Below, piece after piece: positions 1 through 12,784 of a DNA stretch of 64,000 nt. Numbering within the stretch: the first letter of the stretch is position 1; each line of letters opens with the position of its first letter. Source of the DNA: Octopus vulgaris (lineage: Eukaryota); the NCBI GenBank assembly GCA_951406725.2, contig OX597815.1, positions 6,262,001-6,326,000 of the forward strand, read 5' to 3'. The notes beneath the pieces were generated by a model. That model was not told the origin of the DNA. It made no database searches and saw nothing but the letters and a program-made list of their open reading frames with translations. The position numbers were made by a program, and so were the translations under genes.

Positions 1-15
1 TAACGATCTTATCCT

Positions 16-74
<59 letters not shown>

Positions 75-244
75 ATGGTTGTATACTGTCAATCTAACAC
101 GAACGTGACTGTAGGGGTTACACCACCGCTGTTTAGCCCTAGGAAGCATCGACGCCTCTTGATGGCTTTGACACATTTTTCCTGTGTCCTTATATACATT
201 TACGAAGGGGAGACAACCCCCACCCCCAGCCGCCCGGGGCTGCA

Positions 245-282
245 TCTAGGGACACGTGTTTCAGGATGATTGTCGGCCTAGA
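245..282 (-). ncRNA. Degenerate minimal type I hammerhead ribozyme motif
   Basis: Minus strand reads TCTAGG-CCGACAA-tcatcct-GAAA-CACGTG-TC-CCTAGA: 6 bp stem I and palindromic stem III (ACACGTGT) with a GTC triplet. The core differs from CTGANGA at two positions and stem II does not pair. Confidence 0.45.
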
Positions 283-356
283 GTAGCAGACACCGGTCAG
301 CTGACGACATTTATCTCGACTCGCAATGTATATATCTAAATTTCAGTGAAGTCTAT

Positions 357-388
<32 letters not shown>

Positions 389-753
389 CTTCTTTCAGCT
401 TCCCTCTACTAAATACACTCATGAGGCTTATTTGGTCGGCCCGAACCTGTTGCAGTAAATATTCTCCCACGGTGCCTGCTACGCAGTGGTTCTGAACCCG
501 GAACTATATTGCTGAGAAGCAAATATTTATATTATTATATTGTACGCGATGACACTGCTTAGTAAATGATTGATGTCTATAATTACAAACTTGTTACCAG
601 TTCAAATATGCTTGGACCCGTAAGAAAGCCAGTCGCTGTATTTTGTGATGGAAAAACTTGTTCGTAGGGAGAAAATGTCTCTACTCAGTGGCTTTCTTAT
701 GGGTTCGAAATGCCTCAAACATATTTGAAGTGGTTTGTGATTATATATAATAA

Positions 754-1085
754 CTAGCAGTATCGCCCGGCGTTGCTCGGGTTTGTTTCGACCCTTTAGA
801 ATTGGAATTTTTGAAAAGTGAAAATTTGGCATTATGTAGCTTGTTATTCTCTTTAAGAGAACATTTTTCTGGTTGAAATACTCTCTTTACTTGTTTTAGT
901 CATTTGACTGCGGCCATGCTGGAGCACCGCCTTTAGTCGAGCAAATCGACCCAGGACTTATTCTTTGTAAGCCTAGTACTTATTCTATCGGTCTCTTTTG
1001 CCGAACCGCTAAGTGACGGGGACGTAAACACACCAGCATCGGTTGTCAGGCAATGCTAGGGGGACAAACACAGACACACAAACAT

Positions 1086-1122
<37 letters not shown>

Positions 1123-1558
1123 CATACATATATACGACGGGCTTCTTTCAGTTTCCGTCTACCAAATCCACTCACAAGGTTTTGGTTGGCCCGAGGCTAT
1201 AGTAGAAGACACTTGCCCAAGGTGCCACGCAGTGGGACTGAACCCGGAACCATGTGGCTGGTAAGCAAGCTACTTACCACACAGTCACTCCTGCGCCGAA
1301 AAATGGTGAGACAGCAGTCAAAAAATCGTAAAAAGTAGGGATTTTCTTAGAAAAAAAGCACCATTTTGATGTAAATAATTTTTGGTGTTAACATGGTCCG
1401 ATTTGAATTTTTTCTTCTACGAAAGGAAGAGCAAGCCATCTTCTATCATACTCTCAATTTTGGTCAACTTGTGCCGCAGGGTTTCGGAGGAGATAGTGTT
1501 AGATGAAGGCTACCAAACCTGCCATACACAGACAACTTCAACTTTATATAGAGGGAGA
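754..1558 (-). mobile_element. Non-autonomous Helitron, subfamily 1, interrupted by a SINE
   Basis: Minus strand starts TC(TCCCTCTATATAAAG) after an A and ends with hairpin CCCGAGCAACGCCGGG followed by CTAG then T. It is homologous to the uninterrupted copy at 24401-24796. Confidence 0.8.
881..1297 (-). mobile_element. tRNA-derived SINE family A, inserted in the Helitron
   Basis: Minus-strand head GGCGCAGGAGTGACTGTGTGG (A-box-like) and GGTTCAGTCC (B-box-like), then CACCTTGGGCAAGT (CORE-like), an internal TA/TG microsatellite and an AAAGAG tail. More than 10 copies occur in the window. Confidence 0.9.
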
Positions 1559-1929
1559 TATATATAAAACGATTGCCTTCGTAGCGTTGCGGTGGGATGA
1601 CGAAGAATCTCCGTTTGGATATTTGTGAGTAGAGACAATAGAGGTACGAGCGAGAGGAAGAAATCATTGAAAATATTAAAAAGGAGAGTTGACTTCTTGG
1701 AGGAAAACGAAGGAATTCGGGATCTTCTCTGTTTGACTGCACCTGCTGAAATTTCCAAGTTTGGTGGAAATTATAAAATTTCTTCAACTTGGAAGATAAT
1801 TCAGGAGATAATTCACCTTTTCCAGAAAATATTTTTAAAAAAAAGTTACGGGTTGAGAAAGGTTGGAATATTTTTAGAAAAACAAAATAGACTTTTTATA
1901 TTGTAATGGATTCCTTGGTTCAGAAAAGT

Positions 1930-2326
1930 TGTGGTAAGTAGCTTGTTTACCAACCACATGGTTCCGGGTTCAGTCCCACTGCGTGACACCTTGGGCAAGT
2001 GTCTTCTACTATAGCCTCGGCCCGACCAAAGCCTTGTGAGTGGATTTGGTAGACGGAAACTGAAAGAAGCCCGTCGTATATATGTATATATACTATATAT
2101 ATATATGTGTGTGTTTGTGTGTCTGTGTTTGTCCCCCTAGCATTGCTTGACAACCGATGCTGGTGTGTTTACGTCCCCGTTACTTAGCGGTTCGGCAAAA
2201 GAGACCGATAGAATAAGTACTAGGCTTACAAAAGAATAAGTCCCGGGGTCGAGTTGCTCGATTAAAGGCGATGCTCTAGCATGGCCGCAGTCAAATGACT
2301 GAAACAAGTAAAAGAGTAAATGAGTA
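1930..2326 (+). mobile_element. SINE family A
   Basis: Near-identical reverse complement of 881-1297, slightly 5'-truncated. Confidence 0.9.
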
Positions 2327-2449
2327 CACGTGTATGTAGTTTATTGTCGCTGAGTCCCAGGCCTGTCCAAATTGAACAGACTTATAACGAAAGATATACC
2401 AGCCTTGATCGTCTCGTCTTTCTTCTTATGCGCAGTCTCATCTAGGTCG

Positions 2450-3018
2450 TCCCGTAGGACGCCCCTTTCATAGGGGTGTCGGTTGCGCATACTATAGGAG
2501 TCACAGGGCGCTGCTCCATGTGGTCCCGCAGTTTCCTTCTAACTAGGAATATTAGGGTCTCATCCATTGTCTTGTATTCAAGATCCTCTGCATGACATCC
2601 TGCTGGTTCAAAGCCAGGAATCTGACCTGTTGGGTCCCCTGCCGATAATTAAATCTACGACCTGCTGCCGACGATTCGATTTATTGTCGTTAAGGTTCTC
2701 TCTGTCTCCTACCTTTCGACCTGTCTGACCTGGTAAGACCTGCCTGAAGATTTCTCTCCCTCCAAGCATAGCTCTCCGGGTCAATGGAGCACATAGGCAC
2801 TTCACCATGATAAGGTTCTTGTTGAATTGGCCACGGACTACACAGTAGTTCTTCCGCCCTTTGATGGGTCTTATTTTTCCTCCTGCAGGGTGTCCAGCAA
2901 TCACCCTCCTCACCAAGCAAGCTTGATGGGGTTGCCAGTTTAGTCCCTGACGACCAGACCATGCGACAGGTTGTGCTGGGTTACATGTTACCAGTAACGC
3001 TCAAGAGCGACCTGACCT
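2450..3018 (-). mobile_element. Probable 5' UTR fragment of an RTE-clade LINE
   Basis: GC-richer block. The minus-strand motif AACCTTATCATGGTGAAGTGCCTATGTGCTCCATTGACCCGGAGAGCTATGC resembles, from memory, the 5' region of RTE/BovB/Rex3 elements. No RT ORF is visible. Confidence 0.45.
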
Positions 3019-3918
3019 ATGTACATTGAACCCTCGAACCATATCTTCGAACGTGTCATTTTTGTTTTTAAGACAGTAGTGTATGATTGAGGGAGATTTG
3101 GCTGCTATTTCCAGTAAACAATGACTGCGTTGAGGTTCCCTGTTTTACTTTTATAGTTTTAGCATTGTGGGTGTTGTTAATTAACTCCAAGTCAGCCCTC
3201 ATTGAGCAGACCTATGGCCAAAGATTTTCTAGACATAACCATCCCGGCTTTTCGCAGGGAAGTATAATTTATTATCATGTGATTCTGAGAAAACTTATTC
3301 TAGATCATTTTTATTTTAAATATGTCACCGGAAAAAAATGAAAAAGACTGCTTCTGTGGTAAATCCCAAATTTCTCGGTATTAATTACTCAATTACACAG
3401 AATAGACAAACCAGAGAAATTTGATTACGATGTATTACCATGATTTAAATCTAATTACCGCCTATACACAATAAATATTAATTAAATTGTAATTACATTC
3501 GTATTTTTAAGTTTTACAAAGACAGCAGTTGTTAACTCACAACTAAAACAGTTACCACGAATAATAATAGATCTCACAACTTCTCATGAAATATTCCGTG
3601 GTGACTACACGTCTGTAACATAACAAAAGTTAGATCGATATATGCTCTAGGAGACAGCATTAGATTAAAATAACAATTTATATCATTTATATAGTGTACA
3701 CAATTTATGTATAATATCTATCATTTATATACAGTGTATGTCCCAACATAAAACGATACTAGCTGTAGGAATTTGTCTCAGAGAAGCTCCTATTTAAAGA
3801 CTTTGTTGTTAGAAATACAGTTTGTTCTCAACGACGGTCAGCGGACCGTCATCATTTAGAGCAGGCTGGTTTTGTTCTTTTTTAACCCACAGTCTTTAAA
3901 GGGAAGACTCTGAGATAT

Positions 3919-4152
3919 CTTTCTTTACTACCCACAAGGAGCTAAACACAGAGGCGACAAACAAGGACAGACAGACGGATGAAGTCGATTATCTCGACCC
4001 CGGTGCGTAACTGGTACTTATTTAATCGACCCATAAAGGATGAAAGGCAAAGTCGACCTCGGCGGAATTTGAACTCAGAACATAGCGGCAGACGAAATAC
4101 TGCAAAGCATTTTGCCCGGCGTGCTAACGTTTCTGCCAGCTCGCCGCCCTTA
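3919..4152 (-). mobile_element. tRNA-derived SINE family C with 15 bp TSD
   Basis: Head GGCGGCGAGCTGGCAGAAACGTTAGCACG...GAGTTCAAATTC, body GCCTTTCATCC...AAGTACCAG. Flanked by AAGACTCTGAGATAT at 3904-3918 and 4153-4167. Confidence 0.9.
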
Positions 4153-4757
4153 AAGACTCTGAGATATTCCTATAGCGAACAACGTTTCGTATTATAAATA
4201 ATCTAGGGTCTTTTTATAACCTACCTAGGTATAACTACAGATGTGTGTGTCCCGACTTTCTTTCTTAATAACTTTCTGAAAATGCATATCTTTTTTTTAA
4301 TGAAACTTTCCAGAGATACATTTTAACTGGCATAGGTTAAGGACGTATTGAATTATATGAGGTAAGGGTCATATCGATTTTGTTTCCTTATAACTTTAAG
4401 GAAAATATTTCGTTTTTGGATTTGGTTTGCAAGATTCTTTATATGAGTCCGTGTGTTGAAGCATATTCTGTTGTTTGCTTAATAAAGTTTTCTATGAATA
4501 CGTTTTCGATGGTGTAGGTTACAATCGTTTCCGAATTGTATTTAGAAATATCCTCTTTTCAGAAAGTTATGAGGAAATAAAGTTGATGGCTGAAGCACAC
4601 GGCTGTAGCTATGCCGAAAACGAAGTCAGTGGGGGTGGTCACACTTCTAGAGTCATATCTAATGTGGTCTCAGATACGTATATCGATAGACATATTTGAG
4701 ACAGCATTAGATTAAAATAACGATTTATATATCATTCATGAGTATTGTATATATCTA

Positions 4758-5146
4758 CTAGCAGTATCGCCCGGCGTTGCTCGGGTTTGTAAGGGAAATA
4801 ACTATATAAGCATTTTTAGAGAGTTATAGCAAAAAAATGCATTAAAAATGGAAAAAAATTATGGTAATTTTTTTTTAAATCGTTGACTCATCGTAGACAT
4901 TTTTAGAGAGTTACTTCCCTTATATAATAGCGAAAAAATACATTAAAATGGAAAAAAACGATGGTAAATTTTTTTTTAAATCGTAGACTCATCGTAGACG
5001 CGCGCTAATACCCAGAAGGGCTTGATATGAATCACGTCTATAAGATACCCGGTTTTGGTTAAACTGCACCGCAAAATGTGGGAGTAGTTAGGAATCTAAA
5101 TCGAAGGGGACAGACACTCACACAACAACAGTTTTATATATAAAGA
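4758..5146 (-). mobile_element. Non-autonomous Helitron, subfamily 2
   Basis: 5' TCTTTATATATAAAA and the same 3' hairpin plus CTAG as 754. The body is near-identical to 16825-17222. Confidence 0.8.
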
Positions 5147-5384
5147 TATAACATACAGCTTAACATCGTTAATTGTCCTTAAAACCCGGAAGTGACGACG
5201 GACAACCCAATACTTTCGCTTAACTTACTCTTTTGGCGACCATCCTGGAAACCTTCTATGGAAACTGTCAACGTTTGGATCAACAAAATTGAGGGAATAA
5301 TCGACAATTCCAAGAATATAGAAGTTATCGAAAGTTCCGTATTGGATATCAAAAGTGTTCCTGGCAACATGCGATGCTTTAAAA

Positions 5385-5666
5385 CAGTGGTTCCCAAAGG
5401 TGGGACGGTACTGCCCCTCTGGGGGCGGCGGAAAGATCAAGAGGGCCGTTGAAGGAAAGTGGGGCAATAATAGGGTGGCCAAAAAGGGGGCGATTGATGT
5501 AACCCCCACCCAAAGAAAATAATGGGATAATTAGGTTATTTGTGAAATACTGTTGTTTTGAAAATTTGCAGGAAGTGATGCTGACTGGGGTGGGGGCGCT
5601 AGAAATGTGGGTCGAGTATCAACGGGGAGGAAGGGGGGCAGCCCCTAAAAAGTTTTGGAACCACTG
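5385..5666. mobile_element. hAT (Charlie-like) MITE
   Basis: TIRs CAGTGGTTCCCAAA / TTTGGAACCACTG with an 8 bp TSD, CTTTAAAA / CTTTATAA. Confidence 0.8.
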
Positions 5667-5820
5667 CTTTATAATGAGCTGAAGTGTTTTTGCAAGTGCA
5701 ATCGGGGCCGCAATTCTTTATAATTCCTTTTATCAAATGTTGGTACCAGTGATCCCTCGTTTATCGCGGTAGATTGGTTCCGAGACCGGCCGCGATAACT
5801 GAATTTCCGCGAAGTAGGGA

Positions 5821-6140
5821 CACCATCATCATCATCGTTTAACGTCCATCTCCCATGCTAGCACGGGTTGGACGGTTCGACCGGGGTCTGGGAAGCCAGG
5901 AGCTGCACCAGGCTCCAGTCTGATCTGGCAGTGTTTCTACAGCTGGATGCCCTTCCTAATGCCAACCACTCTGCAAGTGTAGTGGGTGCTTTTTACGTGC
6001 CACCTGCACAGGTGCCAGGGGAGTCTGGCATCGGCCACGATCGGTTGGTGCTTTTAACGTGCCACCGGCACGGAAGCCAGCCAAGGCGGCGCTGGCATCG
6101 GCCACGTTCGGATGGTGCTTTTTATGTGCCACCGGCACAA
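5821..6140 (-). mobile_element. SINE-like family B ((GAT)n-tailed, with an internal ~60 bp tandem unit)
   Basis: Conserved TTAGGAAGGGCATCCAGCTGTAGAAAC...CGTTAAACGATGATGAT 3' end; many copies in the window. Confidence 0.8.
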
Positions 6141-6484
6141 GTCCATATTTACAGTATTTATTTAACGTGTATTTGGACTTTAAAACCCTCCCTGTACCAT
6201 TAACAACCCTCCCATTACACTAGTCTATTAATAACAAGGACAACTGTTAAGCAGTAACCCTTTAGATTAAAAAAAATAAAGATTGTTACTGTTAGACAGG
6301 CCAGATTACAAAATAGAAAGCTGTGATTCGTCGTCTCTCTCCATTGCACCAATTACAGCCCGTCTGAAGTTCAAATACCCCTGTATATGCTTTTTGGCTA
6401 TTTTACGCTTGTTTTGTTGTTCCTAGACTAGGAAATAATATTTATTATTAATATTTTAATGGATTTAATGAAAGGTTTTAGACG

Positions 6485-6527
<43 letters not shown>

Positions 6528-6529
<2 letters not shown>

Positions 6530-6880
6530 TCATCATCATCATTTAACGTCCGCTTTCCATGCTAGCATGGGTTGGACAGTTCAACTGGGGTCTGGGGAGC
6601 CCGAAAGCTGCACCAGTCCAGTCAGATCTGGCAGTGTTTCTACAGCTGGATGCCCTTCCTAACGCCAACCACTCCGAGAGTGTAGTGGGTGATTTTATGT
6701 GCCACCGACACAGGTGCCAGACGAGGCTGGCAAACGGCCACGCTCGGATGGTGTTTTTTTATGTGCCACCGACACAGGTGCCAGACGAGGCTGGCAGACG
6801 GCCACGCTCGGATGGTGTTTTTATGTGCCACCGACACAGGTGCCAGATGAGGCTGGCAAACGGCCACGATCGGATGGTGT
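6528..6880 (-). mobile_element. SINE-like family B
   Basis: Same 3' end, plus three ~60 bp internal units (GTGCCACCGACACAGGTGCCAGA...). Confidence 0.8.
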
Positions 6881-7087
6881 TTGTTAAAATCCGCGAAGTC
6901 ATGAATCTGCGATAGTTGAACTGCAAAGTATCGAGGGATCACTGTATGTGACTAACGTCCCTTCCAGTGTTTTAGGACCATTTACTTTCACTTTTTTACG
7001 ACGGTAAACTGCATGTCAACCACATATATTGTGTATGTGCACATCATTTATATATGATATTTAAATATAAAACGTCACTAGGGCAAT

Positions 7088-7483
7088 CTCTTTTACTCTT
7101 TTACTTGTTTCAGTCATTTGATTGCGGCCATGCTGGAGCACCACCTTTAATCGAGCAACTCGACCCCGGGACTTATTCTTTTGCAAGCCCAGTACTTATT
7201 CTATCGGTTTCTTTTGCCGAACCGCTAAGTAACGGGGACATAAACACACCAGCATCGGTTGTCAAGCAATGCTAGGGGGACAAACACAGACACACAAACA
7301 CACACACGCATGCATATATATACATATATACGACGGGCTTCTTTCAGTTTCCATCTACCAAATCCACTCACAAGGCTTTGATCGGCCCGAGGCTATAGTA
7401 GAAGACACTTGCCCAAGGTGACACACAGTGGGACTGAACCTGGAACCATGTGGTTGGTAAGCAAGCTACTTACCACACAGCCA
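7088..7483 (-). mobile_element. SINE family A
   Basis: Homologous to 881-1297. Confidence 0.9.
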
Positions 7484-7964
7484 TGGTACATGACATCATT
7501 CGCCCATACAACCTTCCCTCATAAACAGATAAAGAAGCTGGGCTGAAAAAAAGTGTGAACGAGGTGTTTCGTCGTACCAACACCTTGTAGACCAATATCG
7601 AGGTATAAACATACCTCGGCAAGACTTCTGCACCCCCCCCCCCCTAAAAAAAAAACCCCTTAAAAAAAATTCTTTTTCGACGCAAACCTCGCTTTACAGC
7701 TACGGGGAATATGAATCTGCAAAAAAATTGGCAAAAATCGACATTTCTAAATTACCACCCCCACCCCTATTTCCTTCATTTTTAACTTTTTACACAATTT
7801 TTTTTTTCAAAATATGCGGAAAAATACGGACATCATGATTTGGACAAAAATTTCAAAGCATTTATGTACTTATGGTTACGGTTTTAGTGTTAGGGTCAGG
7901 GTTTTAGGGTTAAGGTTAGGGTTTTAAGGTTAGTGTTGGGGGAATAAACTCAAAATTGAAGAAG

Positions 7965-8739
7965 TTGGGGGGAAGGGGGTGAAATTTCACAATGCTGATT
8001 TTTGGCAATTTTCCAGAACCTCTGTATCCGAAAACGGGGATTTTTGGCAAAAAAAAAAAAAAATTACAAAAATAAACAAATTCGGGAGAAAATGGGGGGT
8101 GGGGACGGGTGGAAGTCTTTCCCATACCTCACTCTCAACGACCTCAGCAGACTACCATAAATCGGAGCAGGCTGTGCACTTTTAACTTATGAAAGTCTTT
8201 AAACGGTAGATTCTCGCCACAGAACAGGACTTTCGGAATGTCTGTCAGTTTTGGGATTTTTCCAAAATTTTTCTGTGTCACATTTTTCAAAACAATGAGT
8301 AAGAGATTGGGTTTTTTTTTTCCTTATTTTTCGTCATTTTATTATATTCCACAATTCTGAAACGCATGAAATTCGCATTTAAAAACAAAGAAAATTCTTA
8401 CCCCCCACCACCACCTTTAATTGTACATTTCACGATTAATCTATTTTTCGTTATTTTTCGTGTTTTGTTTCTTCATATTTTTGCCATTCCCTACAACATA
8501 GAAATTAAATTAAGAAAAAAAAAAACACAAGAATGTATTAACACCTGATTTACATTGACAATTCTCACCAAATTGATTTTCACTAACCATATTTGGAAAG
8601 ACTCCCCCCCCCCTCATTTTCTCCCAAATTTGTTTATTTTTGTAAATTTTTTTTTTGCCAAAAATACCTGTTTTCGGATACGGAGGTTCCAAAAAATTGC
8701 CAAAAATTGGCATTATGGAATTTCCCCCCCTTCCCCAGC
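7965..8739. mobile_element. Long-TIR MITE / foldback-like element
   Basis: 7965-8125 is an imperfect ~150 bp inverted repeat of 8593-8739 (e.g. TTACAAAAATAAACAAATTCGGGAGAAAATG vs CATTTTCTCCCAAATTTGTTTATTTTTGTAA). Confidence 0.65.
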
Positions 8740-8983
8740 ATCGGTTGTCAAGCGATGTTGGGAGAACAAACACAGACACACAAACATATACACACACACA
8801 TACACACATATATGTATACATATATACGACAGGCTCCTTTCAGTTTCCGTCTACCAAATCCACTCACAAAGCTTTGGTCGGGCCGAGGCTATAGTAGAAG
8901 ACACTTGCCCAAGATGCCACGCAGTGGGACTGAACCCGGAATCATATGGTTGGTAAGCAAGATACTTACCACACAGCCACTCC
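8735..8983 (-). mobile_element. SINE family A, missing its 3' part
   Basis: Homologous to the head half of family A. Confidence 0.85.
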
Positions 8984-9375
8984 TATTTATTTATTTATTT
9001 TTTTGTTTCCATCAATATCTTTCACCTGTGTGTGTGTGTGTGTGTGAGTTTTCAGCAATCACCGACACATTAAAGACATTGCCGAATACAAAGATATATG
9101 ACAAAATAAATTTGAGCGCATCTAAGAGGTGGGCGTGGTAGGAGCGGCACTTTTGGGTGTGCTGTAGGCAATATATATTTTTTATGGGGTTTGGGGAAGC
9201 AAACGGAAGGGCCCCCACCCCGGGTGGTACACATTCTAGCTACACTAGTGCCTGCGTCTCATATTGATTCTACTTGAGAATTTACATTTGATGTACACTT
9301 TCTCTACGGAGTACTCAGCCACTTAAACGCAAATTTCATCATCTTCAAAATTGTTTGTGTTTGTGTGTGTGTGTG

Positions 9376-9636
9376 TGTGAAGGCATGTGGCTTAGTGGTA
9401 ACAGTATTCAACTCACGATCATAAGGTCATGGGTTCAATTCCCAGTGGTGCATTGTGTCTTTGAGCAAGATACTTCACTTCACATTGCTCCAGTCCCCTC
9501 AGCTGGCAAGAATGAGAGTTGTACCAGTAATTCAATGGGGACCGGCCTCGTCACATTCTGTATCGTGCTGAATCTCCCCGAGAACTATGTTAAGGGTACG
9601 TGTGTCTGTGGAGTCCTCAGCCACTTGTACATTAAT
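9376..9636 (+). mobile_element. tRNA-derived SINE family D
   Basis: Head GTGAAGGCATGTGGCTTAGTGG...GGTTCAATTCC, then GTGTCTTTGAGCAAGATACT. Homologous to 36625-36931 and 58388-58672 in reverse orientation. Confidence 0.75.
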
Positions 9637-9743
9637 TCCATAAGCGTTCTGTCTAATACTACATATATAATCTTTTCTACTCTAGGCACAAGGCCTGCAA
9701 TTTCGGAGGGGGGCGGGGAGCAGTCAATTAGATCTACTCCAGT

Positions 9744-9780
<37 letters not shown>

Positions 9781-9914
9781 ACTCGCCTTTGGATAACTGG
9801 CCTAGCGCCTAGGTAAGATACAGGTTATCGTTGGCCTCTGCAAGTCTTCGCAGCTGTTTAAACTAACACTGCACTGGCAGACTGTGGCAGTAATTAAAGT
9901 TAATATACCCTCAT

Positions 9915-10068
9915 TATACATACATATATATAGGTATATATAGGTATGTGTGTGTATATGTATGTACACATCTATCTCTCTTTCTTTCTCTGTCTGTCTG
10001 TCTCTCTCTCTCTCGCTATATATATATATATATATATATATATACTATATATACTATATATATATATA

Positions 10069-10133
<65 letters not shown>

Positions 10134-10213
10134 TGTATATGTATATATACTGTATATATAAATATATATATACATTATATATATATATATATATACATAT
10201 ACAACATATACAC

Positions 10214-10301
<88 letters not shown>

Positions 10302-10355
10302 ATGTACATAGGTGAGTATATAGGTATGTGTGTATATATGTATGTATACATACTC
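9915..10355. repeat. Compound (TA)n/(CATATA)n/(TG)n microsatellite
   Basis: Seen directly. Confidence 0.95.
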
Positions 10356-10848
10356 TAATATACACCTGTTAATCTGTCTAAACTAAATCCTGCTCCCTTT
10401 ACACACCCCTTAGTCTCAACCTAACATTTTTATAAACAGCTGTTAAAACTAAAACATAACCTGGAGTCTCCATCACACCTGTTAAAACTAATTTTGCCCC
10501 CACCCCTACGGGGAGTTGGGGGTGCGGGGACGCTTGGCATTTAGTACAGTTCATTGTTTATCAAAATATATGTATCAAAAATGACAGATATTTGGTCGAA
10601 GAGAAATCTAAACATTCCACCCCACCCCCCACCAGTTTTTATATTATTTCCTGTTTTCTGAATATTTCAAAACAAAAAAAAAAAAAAAATAAAAAAAAAA
10701 AGGAAACTTTAAAAGTTACATTAGTCACTTAGTCTCACCATCACAACTTTACTCTTGCTCACCAAATGACTTCCTCTTTCCAATACAATACTATACTGTG
10801 CTCTTTCACCCTAGAAACTTATGGTAAAACATTCCAAAGACAAACACA

Positions 10849-11118
10849 CCATCATCATCATCATCATCATCGTTTAACGCCCTCTTTCCATGCTGGCATG
10901 GGTTGGACGGTTCGACCGGGGTCTGGGAAGCCAGGAGGCTGCACCAGGCTCCAGTCTGATCTGGCGGTGTTTCTACAGCTGGATGCCCTTCCTAACGCCA
11001 ACCACTCCGTGAGTGTAGTGGGTGCATTTTTTTGTGCCACCAGCACAGATGCCAGGGGAGGCTGGCAACGGCCACGATTGGCTGCTGCTTTTTACGTACA
11101 ACAGGCACGGAAGCCAGT
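10849..11118 (-). mobile_element. SINE-like family B
   Basis: (CAT)n followed by the conserved family B body. Confidence 0.8.
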
Positions 11119-11391
11119 CAAGATACTTGCACAAGGTGTTGTATAGTAGGATTGAACCAAAAACCACGTGGTTGCCGGGCAAGCTTCTTAACCACAGTCA
11201 CACAAGCTCTTCATTGCCACCATCTCCTCCTACTTTCCACAAGTCCTTCTTCGCATTCTCTCTGTCTGTTTCTGTCCACTAAGTCCTCTTTTTAAGGGAC
11301 CAATATACCCAAAGGATGGACCCTGGCACACCAAATCTCCTTTCTACTATATTTGACTCTGACCGTGATTTATATACTATTCTGGAGTATA

Positions 11392-11903
11392 GGCGCAGGA
11401 GTGGCTGTGTGGTAAGTAGCTTCCCTACCTACCACATGGTTCTGGGTTCAATCCCACTGCGTGGTGCCTTGAGCAAGTGTCTTCTACTATAGCCTCGGGC
11501 CAACCAAAACCTTGTGAGTGGATTTGGTAGACGGAAACTGAAAGAAGCCCGTCGTATATATGCATATGTAAATATATGTGTATATATACATATCAGATCA
11601 GATGGGAGTCTGATGCAGCCATCTAGTTTGCCAGACCTCAGTCAAATCATCCAACCCATGCCAGCATGGAAAGCGGACGTTAAATGATGACGATGATGAC
11701 ATGTTTGTGTGTCTGTGTTTGTCCCCACCAACATCGCTTGTTTACGTCCCCATAACTTAGCGGTTCAGCAAAAGAGACTGATAGAATAAGTACTAGGCTT
11801 ACAAAGAATAAATCCTGGGGTCGATTTCCTCGACTAAAGGCGGTGCTCCAGCATGGCCACAGTCAAATGACTGAAACAAGTAAAAGAGTAAAACAGTAAG
11901 AGT
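11392..11903 (+). mobile_element. SINE family A with a family B 3' fragment inserted in its central microsatellite
   Basis: Full head GGCGCAGGAGTGGCTGTGTGG at 11392, family B tail at ~11592-11700, then the family A tail resumes. Confidence 0.85.
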
Positions 11904-12284
11904 ATTAAATCTTGTATTTTGTTTCCCATATTTAACACAAAATTGCAATTTATTCAGTTCTGTTTGAATAAATTTGAATTCAAAAATCTTTATATTTCCA
12001 ATGCAATGCCTCTGTTTCTTGGAAACTTGTTTCTTATATAAATAATTATGTCGTCTTTGGTCGTTAGATATGTCAGCTGCTATTTTCAGTAACAGTAGCC
12101 ATTCTGTGCTGATGTCCTTTCTAGATTTACTAACCAGTTAGAATAACTGGTTTGGTTTCCAGTTGGTTCTATAAAAGATTAACCATCACTCATGAGTAAA
12201 GCTGGTGCTCTGTCAGTTATGACAATGCGTGTTCCACTTGGTTCGATCAACAGAACAGCCTGCTCATGAAATTAACATGCAATT

Positions 12285-12515
12285 AGGGCGGCGAGCTGGC
12301 AGAATTGTTAGCACGCCTGGCAAAATGCTTAGCAGTATTTCGTCTGCCGCTACATTCTGAGTTCAAATCCGCCGAGGTCAACTTTGCCTTTCATCTTTTT
12401 GGGTCGATAAATTAAGTACCAGTTACGTACTGGGGTTGATGTAATCAACTTAATCTGTTTGTCTGTCCTTGTTTGTCCCCTCTGTGTTTAGCCCCTTGTG
12501 GGTAGTAAAGAAATA
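12285..12515 (+). mobile_element. SINE family C nested in a family D copy (~12203-12750, minus strand)
   Basis: TSD GAAATTAACATGCAA (12268-12282) / GAAATTAGCATGCAA (12516-12530). Confidence 0.85.
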
Positions 12516-12751
12516 GAAATTAGCATGCAAGTGGCTGAGTACTCCACAGACATACGTAATATTCGAAGGAAGTTTCATCATGACAGAATGTGACAAGGCT
12601 GGCTCTTTCAAATACAGGTACAACACATTTTTGCCAGGTGAATGCACTGGAGCAACATGAAATAAAGAGTCTTGCTCAAGGACAATGTGTGTTGCCAGGG
12701 TTCGAACTCACAACTGTACAATCGGGATCCAAATTCCCTGACCACACATGT

Positions 12752-12784
<33 letters not shown>

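Larger units (their letters stand above)
5747..6944. mobile_element. pogo/Tigger-like MITE interrupted by two family B repeats
   Basis: TIRs CAGTGATCCCTCG / CGAGGGATCACTG, TA on the right, and subterminal TCCGCGA motifs at both ends. Confidence 0.7.

Noticed and set aside
1043-1264. Recurrent ORF ...DGLLSVSVYQIHSQGFG...PRCHAVGLNPEPCGW as a gene family
   Set aside because: It is the antisense reading of SINE family A.
1625-1906. 93 aa ORF as a real gene or transposon protein
   Set aside because: No recognisable motif; AT-rich and bounded by repeats.
2925-3018. HDV-like ribozyme at the 5' end of the RTE-like fragment
   Set aside because: A wobble-rich P1 and a P3 can be drawn, but I could not place P2 or P1.1 correctly by eye. 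It needs a descriptor search on the family consensus.
9946-10365. Long YI/CV/HT/LS-rich ORFs here and at 14.3-15.5, 18.0-18.7, 25.6-26.2, 47.2-48.1 and 61.3-62.2 kb
   Set aside because: They are translations of di- and tetranucleotide microsatellites that lack stop codons.
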